From: an uncultured Acidimicrobiaceae bacterium
GTDB lineage: Bacteria; Actinomycetota; Acidimicrobiia; Spongiisociales; UBA5794
Assembly (NCBI GenBank): GCA_964581295.1
Contig: CAZONX010000002.1
Span: 8,788-65,409 of the forward strand
Length of the DNA: 56,622 nt
Direction: 5' to 3'
The translations under genes and the position numbers were made by a program. The notes under the pieces were generated by a model that was given only the letters and a program-made list of their open reading frames with translations, did not search any database and was not told the DNA's origin. Positions 47,914 through 56,622 of this stretch are shown piece by piece (position 1 is the first letter of the stretch; each line of letters begins with the position of its first letter).

Positions 47914-48887
47914 GACGCCGCGCGCCCGATTCCCTCGGCCACGAGGTCGACCAAACCGTGACCCGCCCCCTCAGCAGCCATCCGGATGGCGTTCGCCACT
48001 GCACGATGCGAACTCGCTCCGTGGGCAATCACCACGACGCCTTTGGTACCGACGAGATGGGCCCCGCCGGTCGTCTCGGGGTCGATGCGCTGCCGCAGCT
48101 CCATGAACGCCGGGAGCAGCTCGGCGAGCGCCGCCTGGTACTCGTCGGCCTGCAGCGCCTCCATCAAGACGCGAAATAGGGCGCGGCTGGTCCCCTCGCC
48201 GGTCTTGAGCAGCACGTTGCCGGTGAATCCATCGGTAACGAACACGTCGGCGCGATTGCGACCGAGGTCCCGTCCTTCGACATTGCCGATGAAGTTGAGC
48301 CCGGTGACGTCGTTGAGAAGGCCGAAGGCGGCCTGCTCGAGTTCTCGGCCCTTGCCGGCTTCTTCCCCGATGTTGAGAAGGCCAACCCGTGGGTTCTCTA
48401 TCTCGAGAAACACCTCGGCGACGGCAGAGCCCATTACACCGAACTGCGCCAGCTGTTCCGGCCCAACGTCGAGGTTGGCACCGGCGTCGAGCACGACCTC
48501 GCGCGTCGGGAAGATCGACGCGATCGCTGGCCGGGCGACCCCAGGAAGGCGTCCAATGACGAACGCTGAAGCGGCAAGAGCGGCACCGGTCGACCCGGCG
48601 GATACCAAGGCTTCGGCCTCGCCGGCCTTGACGAGCCGGGCGGCCACCATGATCGACGCATCCTTCTTGTCGCGAACGGCGCGAGCAGGATCCTCACCCA
48701 TTTCGACGACTTCGCTCGCATGAACTACGGGGAGATCGGCTCCGAAGCGTTCGAGCACCGGCTCGACCTGGGTGCGATCACCAACCAAGACGACATCGAC
48801 ACCGTCGGCTGATGCATCAATGGCACCGCGTACGGTTTCCAGCGGAGCGTGGTCGCCCCCCATTGCGTCGACGACGACTCGCGCCAT
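47910..48887 (-). CDS. plsX: Phosphate acyltransferase PlsX
   Basis: Internal ATG 48887 (MARVVVDAMGGDHAP). Lies in rpmF-plsX synteny. Confidence 0.93.
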   Translation of the reverse strand: MARVVVDAMGGDHAPLETVRGAIDASADGVDVVLVGDRTQVEPVLERFGADLPVVHASEVVEMGEDPARAVRDKKDASIMVAARLVKAGEAEALVSAGSTGAALAASAFVIGRLPGVARPAIASIFPTREVVLDAGANLDVGPEQLAQFGVMGSAVAEVFLEIENPRVGLLNIGEEAGKGRELEQAAFGLLNDVTGLNFIGNVEGRDLGRNRADVFVTDGFTGNVLLKTGEGTSRALFRVLMEALQADEYQAALAELLPAFMELRQRIDPETTGGAHLVGTKGVVVIAHGASSHRAVANAIRMAAEGAGHGLVDLVAEGIGRAAS

Positions 48888-48894
48888 CGCGTTA

Positions 48895-49071
48895 TCAGGC
48901 TTCAGCGATGATCTCGCGACCGTTGTACGTGCCGCAATTGGCGCACACGCGGTGCGGAATGTGCTTGGCGCTACATTGCGGGCACGTTGCAAGCGTCGGG
49001 CTCGACACCTTCCAGTGCGCCTTGCGGCGACGGGTGCGTGATCGCGACATCTTCTTCTTCGGGACGGCCAT
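48895..49071 (-). CDS. rpmF: 50S ribosomal protein L32
   Basis: Not in the ORF track (58 aa). Hand translation gives MAVPKKKMSRSRTRRRKAHWKVSSPTLATCPQCSAKHIPHRVCANCGTYNGREIIAEA, with CxxC...CxxC. Confidence 0.9.
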   Translation of the reverse strand: MAVPKKKMSRSRTRRRKAHWKVSSPTLATCPQCSAKHIPHRVCANCGTYNGREIIAEA

Positions 49072-49089
49072 CAGGAGAACCTCGTTTCG

Positions 49090-49593
49090 TCAATCTCCGG
49101 GCGGGAGCAGGTCGCGCAGCACGGCAAACGGTGAGCCAGCGACATCCGATTCGTCCGGGGAGTCGGTATTCAAGTCCATTTCTGGTGTAGTCACAAGTCC
49201 CTCACACGATTCTTCGCACACCGGCTGGATGACGAAGCCAAGCAGCGTCTCGTCCCGCAGGAAGGGTTCAAGGTCGATGACGGTGCCATCGATCGGGTAC
49301 GCGTCTTCCCCCGGGTTGGTTTCGAAGAGCCCCGCTACGGGGTCACACCCGTCGTCGGTGAAGGTTTCAAGACATCGACGACAGACGTGTTCGACGGTGT
49401 AGCACACGTCGCCGCGCACCAGAATCCCGCCGGGCACCGGGCCGACGGAGAGTTCAGCCACGAGCGGCGGCTCGGCCAGGACTCGGCTCATCTCGAGGCC
49501 CCAGTCGACGATGGCTTCGACGATGACCGGGCGCGGTGGAACATCGCGCCCGAGCAGGTCGGAGGCTTCAACGAGAAATGGTGATCGGTTCAT
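49090..49593 (-). CDS. yceD: YceD/DUF177 family protein
   Basis: 167 aa, acidic, with a CRRCLE ... CxxxC pattern, immediately upstream of rpmF as in most bacteria. Confidence 0.85.
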   Translation of the reverse strand: MNRSPFLVEASDLLGRDVPPRPVIVEAIVDWGLEMSRVLAEPPLVAELSVGPVPGGILVRGDVCYTVEHVCRRCLETFTDDGCDPVAGLFETNPGEDAYPIDGTVIDLEPFLRDETLLGFVIQPVCEESCEGLVTTPEMDLNTDSPDESDVAGSPFAVLRDLLPPGD

Positions 49594-49650
49594 GGCGCTC
49601 CCCTTCGCGGTGGAGTGAATCTGCAGGTTGCAGGACGGAGCGAAGTGTTG

Positions 49651-50175
49651 CTACTGACTGACCGGAGGTGCCGGTGTCGGAGGCAACGACTGGTGGAGTT
49701 CGGATCTGGCCTCTCTCACGTAGCGGAGCAACTCGGCGAGAACCTGTTCGGCTTCCGCGAGGTGGCGCTCAGCGAAATCCTCTGACTCGAGCCGTATCCG
49801 GCGAGCTTCGGTCTCGGCGTTGCGCACGAGCGTATTCGCCTCTTCAACCGCTTCCTGCACGATGTACGACTCCGACACCATCTGCTCAGATCGGTGCTTC
49901 GCATCTGCGAGGACATCACGCGCCTTCTCGTTCGTCCGAGCGATGTAGGCCTCGCGCTCGCGAACCATCCAGCGGGCGGCTCGCAGCTCTTCGGGAAGGC
50001 CGCTCTGGATTCTCGCAAGCTCATCCAGCGTCTCGTCCTGGTTGATCATCACGCTATTGGACAACGGAACCTGTCGTGCGTTCTCGATCTCAATCATCAG
50101 GTTCTCGAGCAGGTCGAGCAACCCTCCAGGAACCGGCGGCGGCGCCTGCGGATGGTCGGGGTGTTCGATGGTCAT
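49651..50175 (-). CDS. Coiled-coil protein, DivIVA/SepIVA-like (tentative)
   Basis: Internal ATG 50175 has an ATGA overlap with the coaD stop. 174 aa, helical and charged. Its position upstream of yceD resembles Rv2927c. Confidence 0.5.
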   Translation of the reverse strand: MTIEHPDHPQAPPPVPGGLLDLLENLMIEIENARQVPLSNSVMINQDETLDELARIQSGLPEELRAARWMVREREAYIARTNEKARDVLADAKHRSEQMVSESYIVQEAVEEANTLVRNAETEARRIRLESEDFAERHLAEAEQVLAELLRYVREARSELHQSLPPTPAPPVSQ

Positions 50176-50645
50176 TCTTGGCGCTCCTTCATGGCCGCAG
50201 CGACGCCCGCCGGAACGAGAGCGTCGATCGCGCCGCCGAGACGGGATACCTCTTTGACGAGCGAGGACGATAGATAGCCGAATTCGGGCTTCGTCGCCAC
50301 GAAGAGCGTGACGATTCCCGAGAGGTGTCGGTTCATTTGCGACATCTGGAACTCGTAGTCGAAGTCGGTCATGGCCCTCAGGCCCTTGACGACCACGTCG
50401 GCGTCCACTTCCTGGGCGTAGTCGACGAGCAACCCGCCAAACGACCCGACAGACACGTTGCCCCACCGCGAGCAAAGTTCGGTGAGCATCTCCACCCGCT
50501 CGGCCTCATCGAAAAGCGCCGACTTCGAGGGATTGCGAATCACGCCCACGATGACCTCGTCGAAGATGCCGACGCAGCGCTCGATAACGTCAAGGTGCCC
50601 ATTGGTGGGCGGATCGAAACTGCCTGGGACAAGCGCCGCGGTCAC
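50172..50645 (-). CDS. coaD: Phosphopantetheine adenylyltransferase
   Basis: ALVPGSFDPPTNGHLDVIER is the HxGH-type motif; 157 aa. Confidence 0.95.
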   Translation of the reverse strand: MTAALVPGSFDPPTNGHLDVIERCVGIFDEVIVGVIRNPSKSALFDEAERVEMLTELCSRWGNVSVGSFGGLLVDYAQEVDADVVVKGLRAMTDFDYEFQMSQMNRHLSGIVTLFVATKPEFGYLSSSLVKEVSRLGGAIDALVPAGVAAAMKERQE

Positions 50646-51178
50646 GGTTGCTCCTTCTCGAGGATCCAGATCTCACTGTCACCGTACCGTCGCCGGTCGG
50701 TGCACGTCAGACTATCGGACTCCGGGGCCGTTCCCCCCCAACGACGGTGCACCACCACACAGCCATGCGGCACGACGCGGTCGGCCAGGAGGTCGAGAAC
50801 GCTTACGACGTCCAAGTCTTCGAGGGCATACGGGGGGTCGACGAACACGAGGTCGTAGGTTCCGCGATCACGCCGAAGGAAGCGCACGACGTCGGCTCCC
50901 GCCACCGTCCCTCCAAGCCCCACCAACGCAACGTTGTCGGCGAGGACGCGTGTGGCGGCCCGATCGCTTTCGACGAACACCGCAGATTCTGCTCCACGGC
51001 TCAGCGCCTCGAGGCCGAGGGAACCACTCCCGGCGAAGAGATCAAGCACGACGGCGCCCGGGATCCGCTGATGGAGCGACGAGAACACCGCCTCCTTCGC
51101 ACGACCGGTGAAAGGACGGGTCCCCGAGCGCGGCGCGGCGAGCCGCCGGCCCTTGGCCGCCCCCGCGATGATCCGCAT
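50642..51178 (-). CDS. rsmD: 16S rRNA (guanine966-N2)-methyltransferase RsmD
   Basis: MRIIAGAAKGRRL ... LDLFAGSGSLGLEALSRGA ... VFVDPPY. Internal ATG 51178 avoids overlapping recG. Confidence 0.9.
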   Translation of the reverse strand: MRIIAGAAKGRRLAAPRSGTRPFTGRAKEAVFSSLHQRIPGAVVLDLFAGSGSLGLEALSRGAESAVFVESDRAATRVLADNVALVGLGGTVAGADVVRFLRRDRGTYDLVFVDPPYALEDLDVVSVLDLLADRVVPHGCVVVHRRWGGTAPESDSLTCTDRRRYGDSEIWILEKEQP

Positions 51179-51200
51179 CTGGAAAACCTCCCGCTCGCGA

Positions 51201-53426
51201 TCAGCTCCGCTCGAGCCATTCTGCATCGTCACCCAGCAATGCCTGCACTTCGTCCGCGAGCTCTCGATGGCGTACCAAGTCTGGGTCGCTCTTCACAAGA
51301 GCGAAGGCTTCCTTCCTGGCGACCACGAGTACCTCGACGTCTCGGAGGAGGTCTGCGAGGCGGAGATCCGTCAGACCCGACTGCCGCGCCCCAAAGACGG
51401 TCCCCTGGCCCCGGATCCGCATGTCCTCCTCGGCAAGGCGGAAACCGTCGGTCGTCGCAACCATCGCGGCGATCCGCTCCTCGGCGTCGCTGGTCGATGG
51501 ATCAGCGACGAGTAGACACGTGGCGGGATGCTCGCCTCGTCCCACGCGTCCGCGCAACTGGTGGAGTTGGCTCAGGCCGAAGCGGTCGGCGTCCTCGATC
51601 ACCATCACCGTTGCGTTCGGTATATCGATGCCGACTTCGATCACCGTCGTTGCCACCAACACATCGAGGTCGCCGGCCCGGAACCGATGCATCACGTCGT
51701 CTTTGTCCACCGGCCGCATCTGTCCATGGAGGAGGCCGAGGCGGAGGTCCGGATATACCGAGCGCAACCGCTCGTATTCAGCGGTCGCCGACTTCACCTC
51801 CAGCTTGGAGGAGTCCTCGACGAGCGGGCAGACGACGAATACCTGCCGGCCCTTTGCCGCCTCTTCGCGGACCCGTTCGTAGACGCCTTCGAGTGCCTCA
51901 GGCTGCTTCGGGACATGCCGGGTCGTCACCGGCATCCTGCCCGGTGGCATCTCATCGAGCACCGAGACATCGAGATCGCCATACAACGTCATCGAGAGTG
52001 TGCGCGGGATCGGCGTCGCCGTCATGATGAGCAGATCGGGGTCATGATCCGATGACTTATCCCGCAGCTTCACCCGCTGATGCACGCCGAAGCGATGCTG
52101 CTCATCGACGACGGCAATGCCCAGCCGGGAGAAGTGGATGCCCTCCTGGATGAGGGCATGGGTGCCAATCGCAATATCGACTACGCCGTCGGCGATCCAC
52201 CCGTTCACGATCGACCGATCCACGCTCCCGGAGAAGTTCGTGATCGCCCGATTGGCCGTCAGCAGAGCGACACGAACCGAACGGTCGCCCTCGCCGGCGA
52301 ACAGGTTCTCCGTGCCCGAGGCGCCGGGTCCACCATCGGGTGCGAGATCAGCTGCATCGAGTGCGTCCACCGTAGAGAGGAAGTGCTGCTCGGCCAGCAC
52401 CTCCGTCGGCGCCATGATTGCTCCCTGAAACCCACCCTGCACGGCGATCAGGAGGGTTGCAAGGGCAACCACGGTCTTCCCTGACCCGACCTCACCTTGG
52501 AGCAGGCGGTGCATCGGACGGCGTTGCGCCAAGTCATCTCGAATCTCCCCGATGACGCGTTCTTGTGCAGCAGTCAGGCGGTAAGGGAGCGCACCCAGAA
52601 ATCCGTCGACCAGGGCGCCATCGACCTCGTGAACGGCCCCTCGGGCCTGGAGGCCTTGGCGTTGCTTGCGTAGAGCAAGCGCAACCTCGATCCGAAAGAA
52701 CTCGTCGAAGATCAATCGGCGCCGTGCCTGGTCGGCCTCGACTCGATCGTCGGGGAAATGGATGTTTGCGATCGCGTCGTCTCTCGCTGCGAGTCCGATC
52801 CGGGAGAGGATTTCGCCCGGCACCACCTCGGTGATCGGCCGAGATCGCTTGAGGGCGTTGTCCATGGCGGTGCGCACCTGCCGCGGCGCGAGTCCGCCGA
52901 CTTTGGGGTGAACCGGCACGATGCGACCCGTGACCAGCGACTCTTCGTCATCAAGCCGGTCGAGGTCCGGCGCCTTCATCTGAAGATTGCCCCGAAACAG
53001 CTCGGCTTTGCCGGAGAGCGCGATCTCCTCACCCACCTTGACCTTGAGATACGGATTGAACCACACGGCCTTCAGCGTGCTGGTTCCGTCCCCGATCGTC
53101 GCCTCGATCATCACCCGGTTCTTCGAGATGCGCCTTCTCGACGCCTTCTGAACCACACCTCCGACGGTGACTTCTTCCCCAAGCGGCACCGACGAGAGAT
53201 CGAACAGCTGGGACCGATCCAGGTAGCGGCGCGGCGCATGCAGTAGTAGCTCGGCGACGGAGCTGATTCCCGCCTCAGTCAGGCGTTTCGCCTTGCGAGG
53301 GCCAATGTCCTTGACGGCGTCGATCGGCACACCAGCCAGGTATGCGAGGCTACGGCCGTGCGGCGGTTGGGCGACGTCGGTCACCCGCCCATGATGGTCG
53401 GTCGCGGTTCGAAGGTCGTTGTTCAC
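51201..53426 (-). CDS. recG: ATP-dependent DNA helicase RecG
   Basis: Wedge domain plus SF2 helicase motifs (GEVGSGKT, DEQHRFG, TATPIPR). Confidence 0.96.
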   Translation of the reverse strand: MNNDLRTATDHHGRVTDVAQPPHGRSLAYLAGVPIDAVKDIGPRKAKRLTEAGISSVAELLLHAPRRYLDRSQLFDLSSVPLGEEVTVGGVVQKASRRRISKNRVMIEATIGDGTSTLKAVWFNPYLKVKVGEEIALSGKAELFRGNLQMKAPDLDRLDDEESLVTGRIVPVHPKVGGLAPRQVRTAMDNALKRSRPITEVVPGEILSRIGLAARDDAIANIHFPDDRVEADQARRRLIFDEFFRIEVALALRKQRQGLQARGAVHEVDGALVDGFLGALPYRLTAAQERVIGEIRDDLAQRRPMHRLLQGEVGSGKTVVALATLLIAVQGGFQGAIMAPTEVLAEQHFLSTVDALDAADLAPDGGPGASGTENLFAGEGDRSVRVALLTANRAITNFSGSVDRSIVNGWIADGVVDIAIGTHALIQEGIHFSRLGIAVVDEQHRFGVHQRVKLRDKSSDHDPDLLIMTATPIPRTLSMTLYGDLDVSVLDEMPPGRMPVTTRHVPKQPEALEGVYERVREEAAKGRQVFVVCPLVEDSSKLEVKSATAEYERLRSVYPDLRLGLLHGQMRPVDKDDVMHRFRAGDLDVLVATTVIEVGIDIPNATVMVIEDADRFGLSQLHQLRGRVGRGEHPATCLLVADPSTSDAEERIAAMVATTDGFRLAEEDMRIRGQGTVFGARQSGLTDLRLADLLRDVEVLVVARKEAFALVKSDPDLVRHRELADEVQALLGDDAEWLERS

Positions 53427-53470
53427 CTGACCCTGCTAGCCTCCCGGATCACCTCAGGAGGTTCTCCCAC

Positions 53471-53659
53471 ATGTCATACCGGTGTGAAGTCTGCGGCAAG
53501 GAGCCGTGGTTCGGGAAGCAAGTCAGCTTCTCCCACAAGCGTTCGAGCCGCCGGTGGCTCCCCAACATCCAGCGAGTACGCGTCAAGCACGGCAGCAACT
53601 CCCGCCGCATTCGCGTCTGCACATCGTGCATCAAGGCTGGCAAAGTCGAGAAGGTCTAG
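53471..53659 (+). CDS. rpmB: 50S ribosomal protein L28
   Basis: ATG 53471 gives MSYRCEVCGKEPWFGKQVSFSHKRSSRRWLPNIQ..., 62 aa. Confidence 0.93.
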   Translation: MSYRCEVCGKEPWFGKQVSFSHKRSSRRWLPNIQRVRVKHGSNSRRIRVCTSCIKAGKVEKV

Positions 53660-53662
53660 CCC

Positions 53663-53875
53663 GTGCAGGGCGTCGTCAAGGTCTATGACCCCGGATCAGG
53701 GGTTGGCGTGATCGTGCGCGACGACGACCGATCCGAAGTCTATCTGCGGCCCGGCTCCCTCGATGGCTCGATGTTCCGCATGTTGCGCCAGGGCCAGCGC
53801 GTAGTCTTCGACACCGACGACGATGCGGGCCGCCTCTACGCCCGTGACCTGCGCTTCGGCGCGGACGGCTACTAA
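53663..53875 (+). CDS. Cold-shock-domain-like small protein (divergent)
   Basis: GTG start 3 nt after the rpmB stop. GVVKVYDPGSGVGVIVRDD ... VYLRPGSL ... GQRVVFD follows the CspA topology, but the RNP aromatic residues are replaced. Confidence 0.5.
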   Translation: MQGVVKVYDPGSGVGVIVRDDDRSEVYLRPGSLDGSMFRMLRQGQRVVFDTDDDAGRLYARDLRFGADGY

Positions 53876-53922
53876 GCCTGCACTCGCTCCGGTACACTGA
53901 CTTCTCAGAGCGAGGAGGTTCC

Positions 53923-54156
53923 GTGGTTCGAGCATACATCCTGATCCAAACCGACACCGGCCGAGCCGCCGACGTCGCAGGGAGCATTCGCGGCATGCCC
54001 GGCGTCATCTCCACAGAAGCGGTCACCGGGCCGTACGACGTGGTGGTGTTCGTCGAGGCCGCAGACGTCGACGCCCTCGGTCAACTCGTCGTCTCAGCCG
54101 TCCAGCCGGTCGATGGCATCGTCCGCACCCTGACCTGCCCCGTCATCAGGATCTGA
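53923..54156 (+). CDS. Stand-alone Lrp/AsnC-type ligand-binding (RAM) domain protein
   Basis: 77 aa, VRAYILIQTDTGRAADVAGSIRGMPGVISTEAVTGPYDVVVFVEA. GAGGAGG SD upstream of the GTG start. Confidence 0.7.
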   Translation: MVRAYILIQTDTGRAADVAGSIRGMPGVISTEAVTGPYDVVVFVEAADVDALGQLVVSAVQPVDGIVRTLTCPVIRI

Positions 54157-54207
54157 CAACGATCATCCGTTCAGGCAGTAGGCCGATGCGTCGCGGCGCG
54201 CTCGCTC

Positions 54208-55221
54208 CTATTCGGCCGTCGCAAGCTCCACGAGTTCGTTGCAGAGCTCTGCGTAGGTCATTCCAGCCGCAGCCCACATCTTCGGGAACCCCGAGATCGG
54301 TGTGAAGCCCGGCATCGTGTTGATCTCGTTGATCAAGAATCCGCGACCGCCTTCGACGAAGAAGAAGTCGACGCGAGCCAACCCGCGACACTCCAGTGCC
54401 TCGAATGCCCGTGCAGCGAGCTCGCGTACCTCGGCCAGACGAGCCTGTGGAAGGCGGGCGGGCGCTTCGAAATCGCTGGTTTCGTCCTCATACTTCGAGG
54501 CGTAGTCGTACCAATCTCCCGCCGAATGCACCTCTCCCGGTAGCGCCGTGCGTGGACCGTCGAGGACCGCAACTTCGATCTCTCGACCCGAGATGAACTC
54601 TTCGATGACGACTTTCTCGCCGTAGAGAAGCGCGGTCTCGATCGCCCGCTGCACGCCGCCCGGATCGCTCGCCTTGCTGATGCCGACGGACGATCCGAGT
54701 TCGGCCGGTTTGACGAACACGGGGGTGTCGAGTTCGCCGATCACGGCGCTCACGGTTCCTGCCACATCGGCACGGAATTCCGGGCCTCGGACTACGACCC
54801 ACCGCGACGTCGGGATCCCAGCCGCAACGAATATCCCCTTGGCAATGTCCTTGTCCATGGCGAGCGCCGACGGAAGCACGCCGCATCCGACATAGGGCTT
54901 GCCCGCGATCTCGAAGACGCCCTGCATGGTGCCGTCTTCGCCATACGGTCCGTGCAAGACCGGGAACACAACGTCGTAGTTGACGGCATTGTCTCCGACG
55001 AGGAGACGCCCATCGGGCAGCCGCAACGCCGCCGGTCTTCCATCGGCACGAAACGGGCGATGCGCGGTGTCGACGATCCACCAGCCACCATCGCGGTCGA
55101 TACCGACCGGTATCACCCGGTGCCCGGCATCGACGAGCGCATCGTGGATCGCAACGGCCGAGACGCACGAGACCTCGTGCTCAGCCGACCGACCGCCGAA
55201 GAGAAGCATCACTCTGGACAT
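54208..55221 (-). CDS. ddl: D-alanine--D-alanine ligase
   Basis: LFGGRSAEHEVS N-terminus and an ATP-grasp C-terminus EINTMPGFT. Confidence 0.95.
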   Translation of the reverse strand: MSRVMLLFGGRSAEHEVSCVSAVAIHDALVDAGHRVIPVGIDRDGGWWIVDTAHRPFRADGRPAALRLPDGRLLVGDNAVNYDVVFPVLHGPYGEDGTMQGVFEIAGKPYVGCGVLPSALAMDKDIAKGIFVAAGIPTSRWVVVRGPEFRADVAGTVSAVIGELDTPVFVKPAELGSSVGISKASDPGGVQRAIETALLYGEKVVIEEFISGREIEVAVLDGPRTALPGEVHSAGDWYDYASKYEDETSDFEAPARLPQARLAEVRELAARAFEALECRGLARVDFFFVEGGRGFLINEINTMPGFTPISGFPKMWAAAGMTYAELCNELVELATAE

Positions 55222-55272
55222 GCGCGCAGGTTACCGAGGAGCCGAACGGTGCGGGGACAATCGTCTGCCCAA

Positions 55273-56088
55273 CTACTTGGAGGTGCGACGATCGAGGGAG
55301 ATCGCGTGGAAACCGCCATCGACATGAACGATCTCACCGGTGGTTGCCGGCGTCCAGTCCGACAGCAGTACGCAGACCATGCGCGCCACGGGATCGGGGT
55401 CGTGAATATCCCACGACAGCGGGGCCCGCTCATGCCACGCATTGATGAACTCGTCGATCCCGGGAATCGACTTCGCGGCAACGGTCGAGAGGGGCCCGGC
55501 AGCCACTGCGTTGACGCGAATGCCGTCGTCGCCGAGGTAGCGGGCAAGGTACCGCGTCACCGATTGCAGAGCGGACTTCGACACGCCCATCCAGTCGTAG
55601 GCGGGCCATGCGGTGGAGTTGTCGAAATCGAGCGTGACGAGCGACCCTCCCCCGGCGGCGCGCATCAGCGGTAACAGCCCGGCGGCCAGGGTCTTGTACG
55701 AGAACGCCGACGTCAGGAACGCCGTTGAAGCAGATTCCGCGGGAGTGTCGAGAAAGTTCCCTCCCAGAGCATCGTCGGGTGCGTACGCGATTGCGTGCAG
55801 GGCGCCGTCGACCTCCCCCCACCGGTCCGTGAGATCAGCGACGAGCCTCTCCATGTGGTCTGGATCGTTGATGTCGAGTTCGAGCACCGGCGGTGGGTCG
55901 GGAAGGCGCTTCGCCGAGCGTTCGGTCAGCCGGATTGCCCGGCCGAAGCCGGTGAGCACGATCTCGGCACCCTGTTCTTGCGCGATCTTCGCGGCGTGCC
56001 ACGCGATCGAACCATCGGTGAGCACACCGGTGATCACCAGTCGTTTCCCGTTCAGCAAGCGGCGCTCCTTCCCCGTCGGATGCGACAT
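55273..56088 (-). CDS. fabI: Enoyl-[acyl-carrier-protein] reductase (NADH), FabI/InhA type
   Basis: Internal ATG 56088 (MSHPTGKERRLLNGKRLVITGV). Y...K active-site context (YDWMGVSKSAL). 271 aa. Confidence 0.92.
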   Translation of the reverse strand: MSHPTGKERRLLNGKRLVITGVLTDGSIAWHAAKIAQEQGAEIVLTGFGRAIRLTERSAKRLPDPPPVLELDINDPDHMERLVADLTDRWGEVDGALHAIAYAPDDALGGNFLDTPAESASTAFLTSAFSYKTLAAGLLPLMRAAGGGSLVTLDFDNSTAWPAYDWMGVSKSALQSVTRYLARYLGDDGIRVNAVAAGPLSTVAAKSIPGIDEFINAWHERAPLSWDIHDPDPVARMVCVLLSDWTPATTGEIVHVDGGFHAISLDRRTSK

Positions 56089-56102
56089 CCTAGGGACGAC
56101 GC

Positions 56103-56471
56103 TCATCCGACGTTGGACCACGCTCGAAAGCCAAGCCCCATCACGAACAGCAACAGCAACCCATAGGACAGCGCTGGGCGGCGGGCCAGGGTGGAGCGGT
56201 ACACGTAGGCGAGGCTGAACGTCACTGCGATCACCATGCCGTAGAACACGTGGAAGCCGTTGAGCGGTCGAAGTCCGTAGAGGTAGAGGGCGACGCCGGC
56301 TGCCACCTGGATCAGCGCTGCGACAACAGCGAACGCCACAGCAATACCAAAGGCGCGCCCCGGTTTGCGCCGCAGCACCGCCAGCCCGAGCCCCCACACG
56401 CCGACGATCCCCGTGGCCGCAAGCGCAACCCACACCCAGTGCGCGTGGAACCAGTGGATCGAGGTCAGCAT
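56103..56471 (-). CDS. Hypothetical integral membrane protein (about 4 TM)
   Basis: 122 aa, hydrophobic throughout, good GC3. I recognise no family. Confidence 0.6.
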   Translation of the reverse strand: MLTSIHWFHAHWVWVALAATGIVGVWGLGLAVLRRKPGRAFGIAVAFAVVAALIQVAAGVALYLYGLRPLNGFHVFYGMVIAVTFSLAYVYRSTLARRPALSYGLLLLFVMGLGFRAWSNVG

Positions 56472-56535
56472 TGAGGGTCTCGCATGGGTGGGAGGCTAGG
56501 AGCCCCAGGGGGCAAGACAGAAGATCCGAGACTCC

Positions 56536-56622
56536 CCAGTCGCCAGTCGTCAGTCGTCATTCTGGCGTCTGGCGTCTGGCGTCTGGCGTCTGGCGTCTGG
56601 CGTCTGGCGTCTGGCGTCTGGC
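56536..56622. repeat. Tandem heptamer microsatellite (CAGTCGY)3 + (CTGGCGT)8+, truncated by window end
   Basis: There are eight perfect CTGGCGT units at 56562-56617, plus a partial ninth that runs off the sequence. Confidence 0.95.

Noticed and set aside
56562-56622. (CTGGCGT)n considered as a CRISPR array or a telomere-like end.
   Set aside because: The units are contiguous 7-mers with no spacers, so this is not a CRISPR. No cas genes are present. Similar heptamer arrays occur internally at 20936, 42146 and 47166, so a chromosome-end function is not supported.

Overview
This 56.6-kb window is a high-GC segment with strong GC3 bias, of actinobacterial type. It is almost entirely housekeeping genes, mostly on the minus strand. 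From memory, gene order is colinear with the actinobacterial block that in M. tuberculosis runs roughly Rv2845c (proS) to Rv2981c (ddlA). The core genes are proS; ispG-rseP-dxr; cdsA-frr-pyrH-tsf-rpsB; comM-dprA-xerC-sigma(WhiG/FliA type); yraN-DUF2469-lepB; trmD-rplS; ffh-rpsP-KH-rimM; smc-ftsY; yceD-rpmF-plsX-rnc; recG-rsmD-coaD; rpmB; ddl; fabI. Accessory blocks interrupt this backbone. They are a crotonase plus small membrane proteins (16.2-18.4 kb); cofG-cofH-tetR (FO synthase for F420), a lipoprotein, an orphan ATP-grasp protein, a TetR remnant, an aldo-keto reductase, an arylamine N-acetyltransferase and fused IcmF (21.7-34.0 kb); and a translationally coupled nucleoside-salvage operon, etfBA and cdd (36.7-42.7 kb). 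I saw no rRNA, tRNA, CRISPR, transposase, phage or recognisable defence genes, and no convincing novel multi-gene protein system. The most unusual signal is non-coding. It is a dispersed family of intergenic elements whose inverted-repeat arms are built from tandem 7-nt units (AAGTAGC, GTCGCCA, CTGAGGA, CTGGCGT). These elements sit on gene 3' ends, sometimes encode the last codons and the stop, and the window ends inside a perfect (CTGGCGT)n array. Secondary oddities are an acidic motif (hhL[DE]EIQxE) shared by the C-terminal tails of ribosomal proteins S2 and S16, a ~400-aa acidic N-terminal extension on CdsA, a split cofG/cofH pair with an extra N-terminal domain on CofH, and a hairpin-dense non-coding stretch next to a decayed TetR gene. 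All calls rest on motifs, ORF structure and remembered synteny. No homology search was run.
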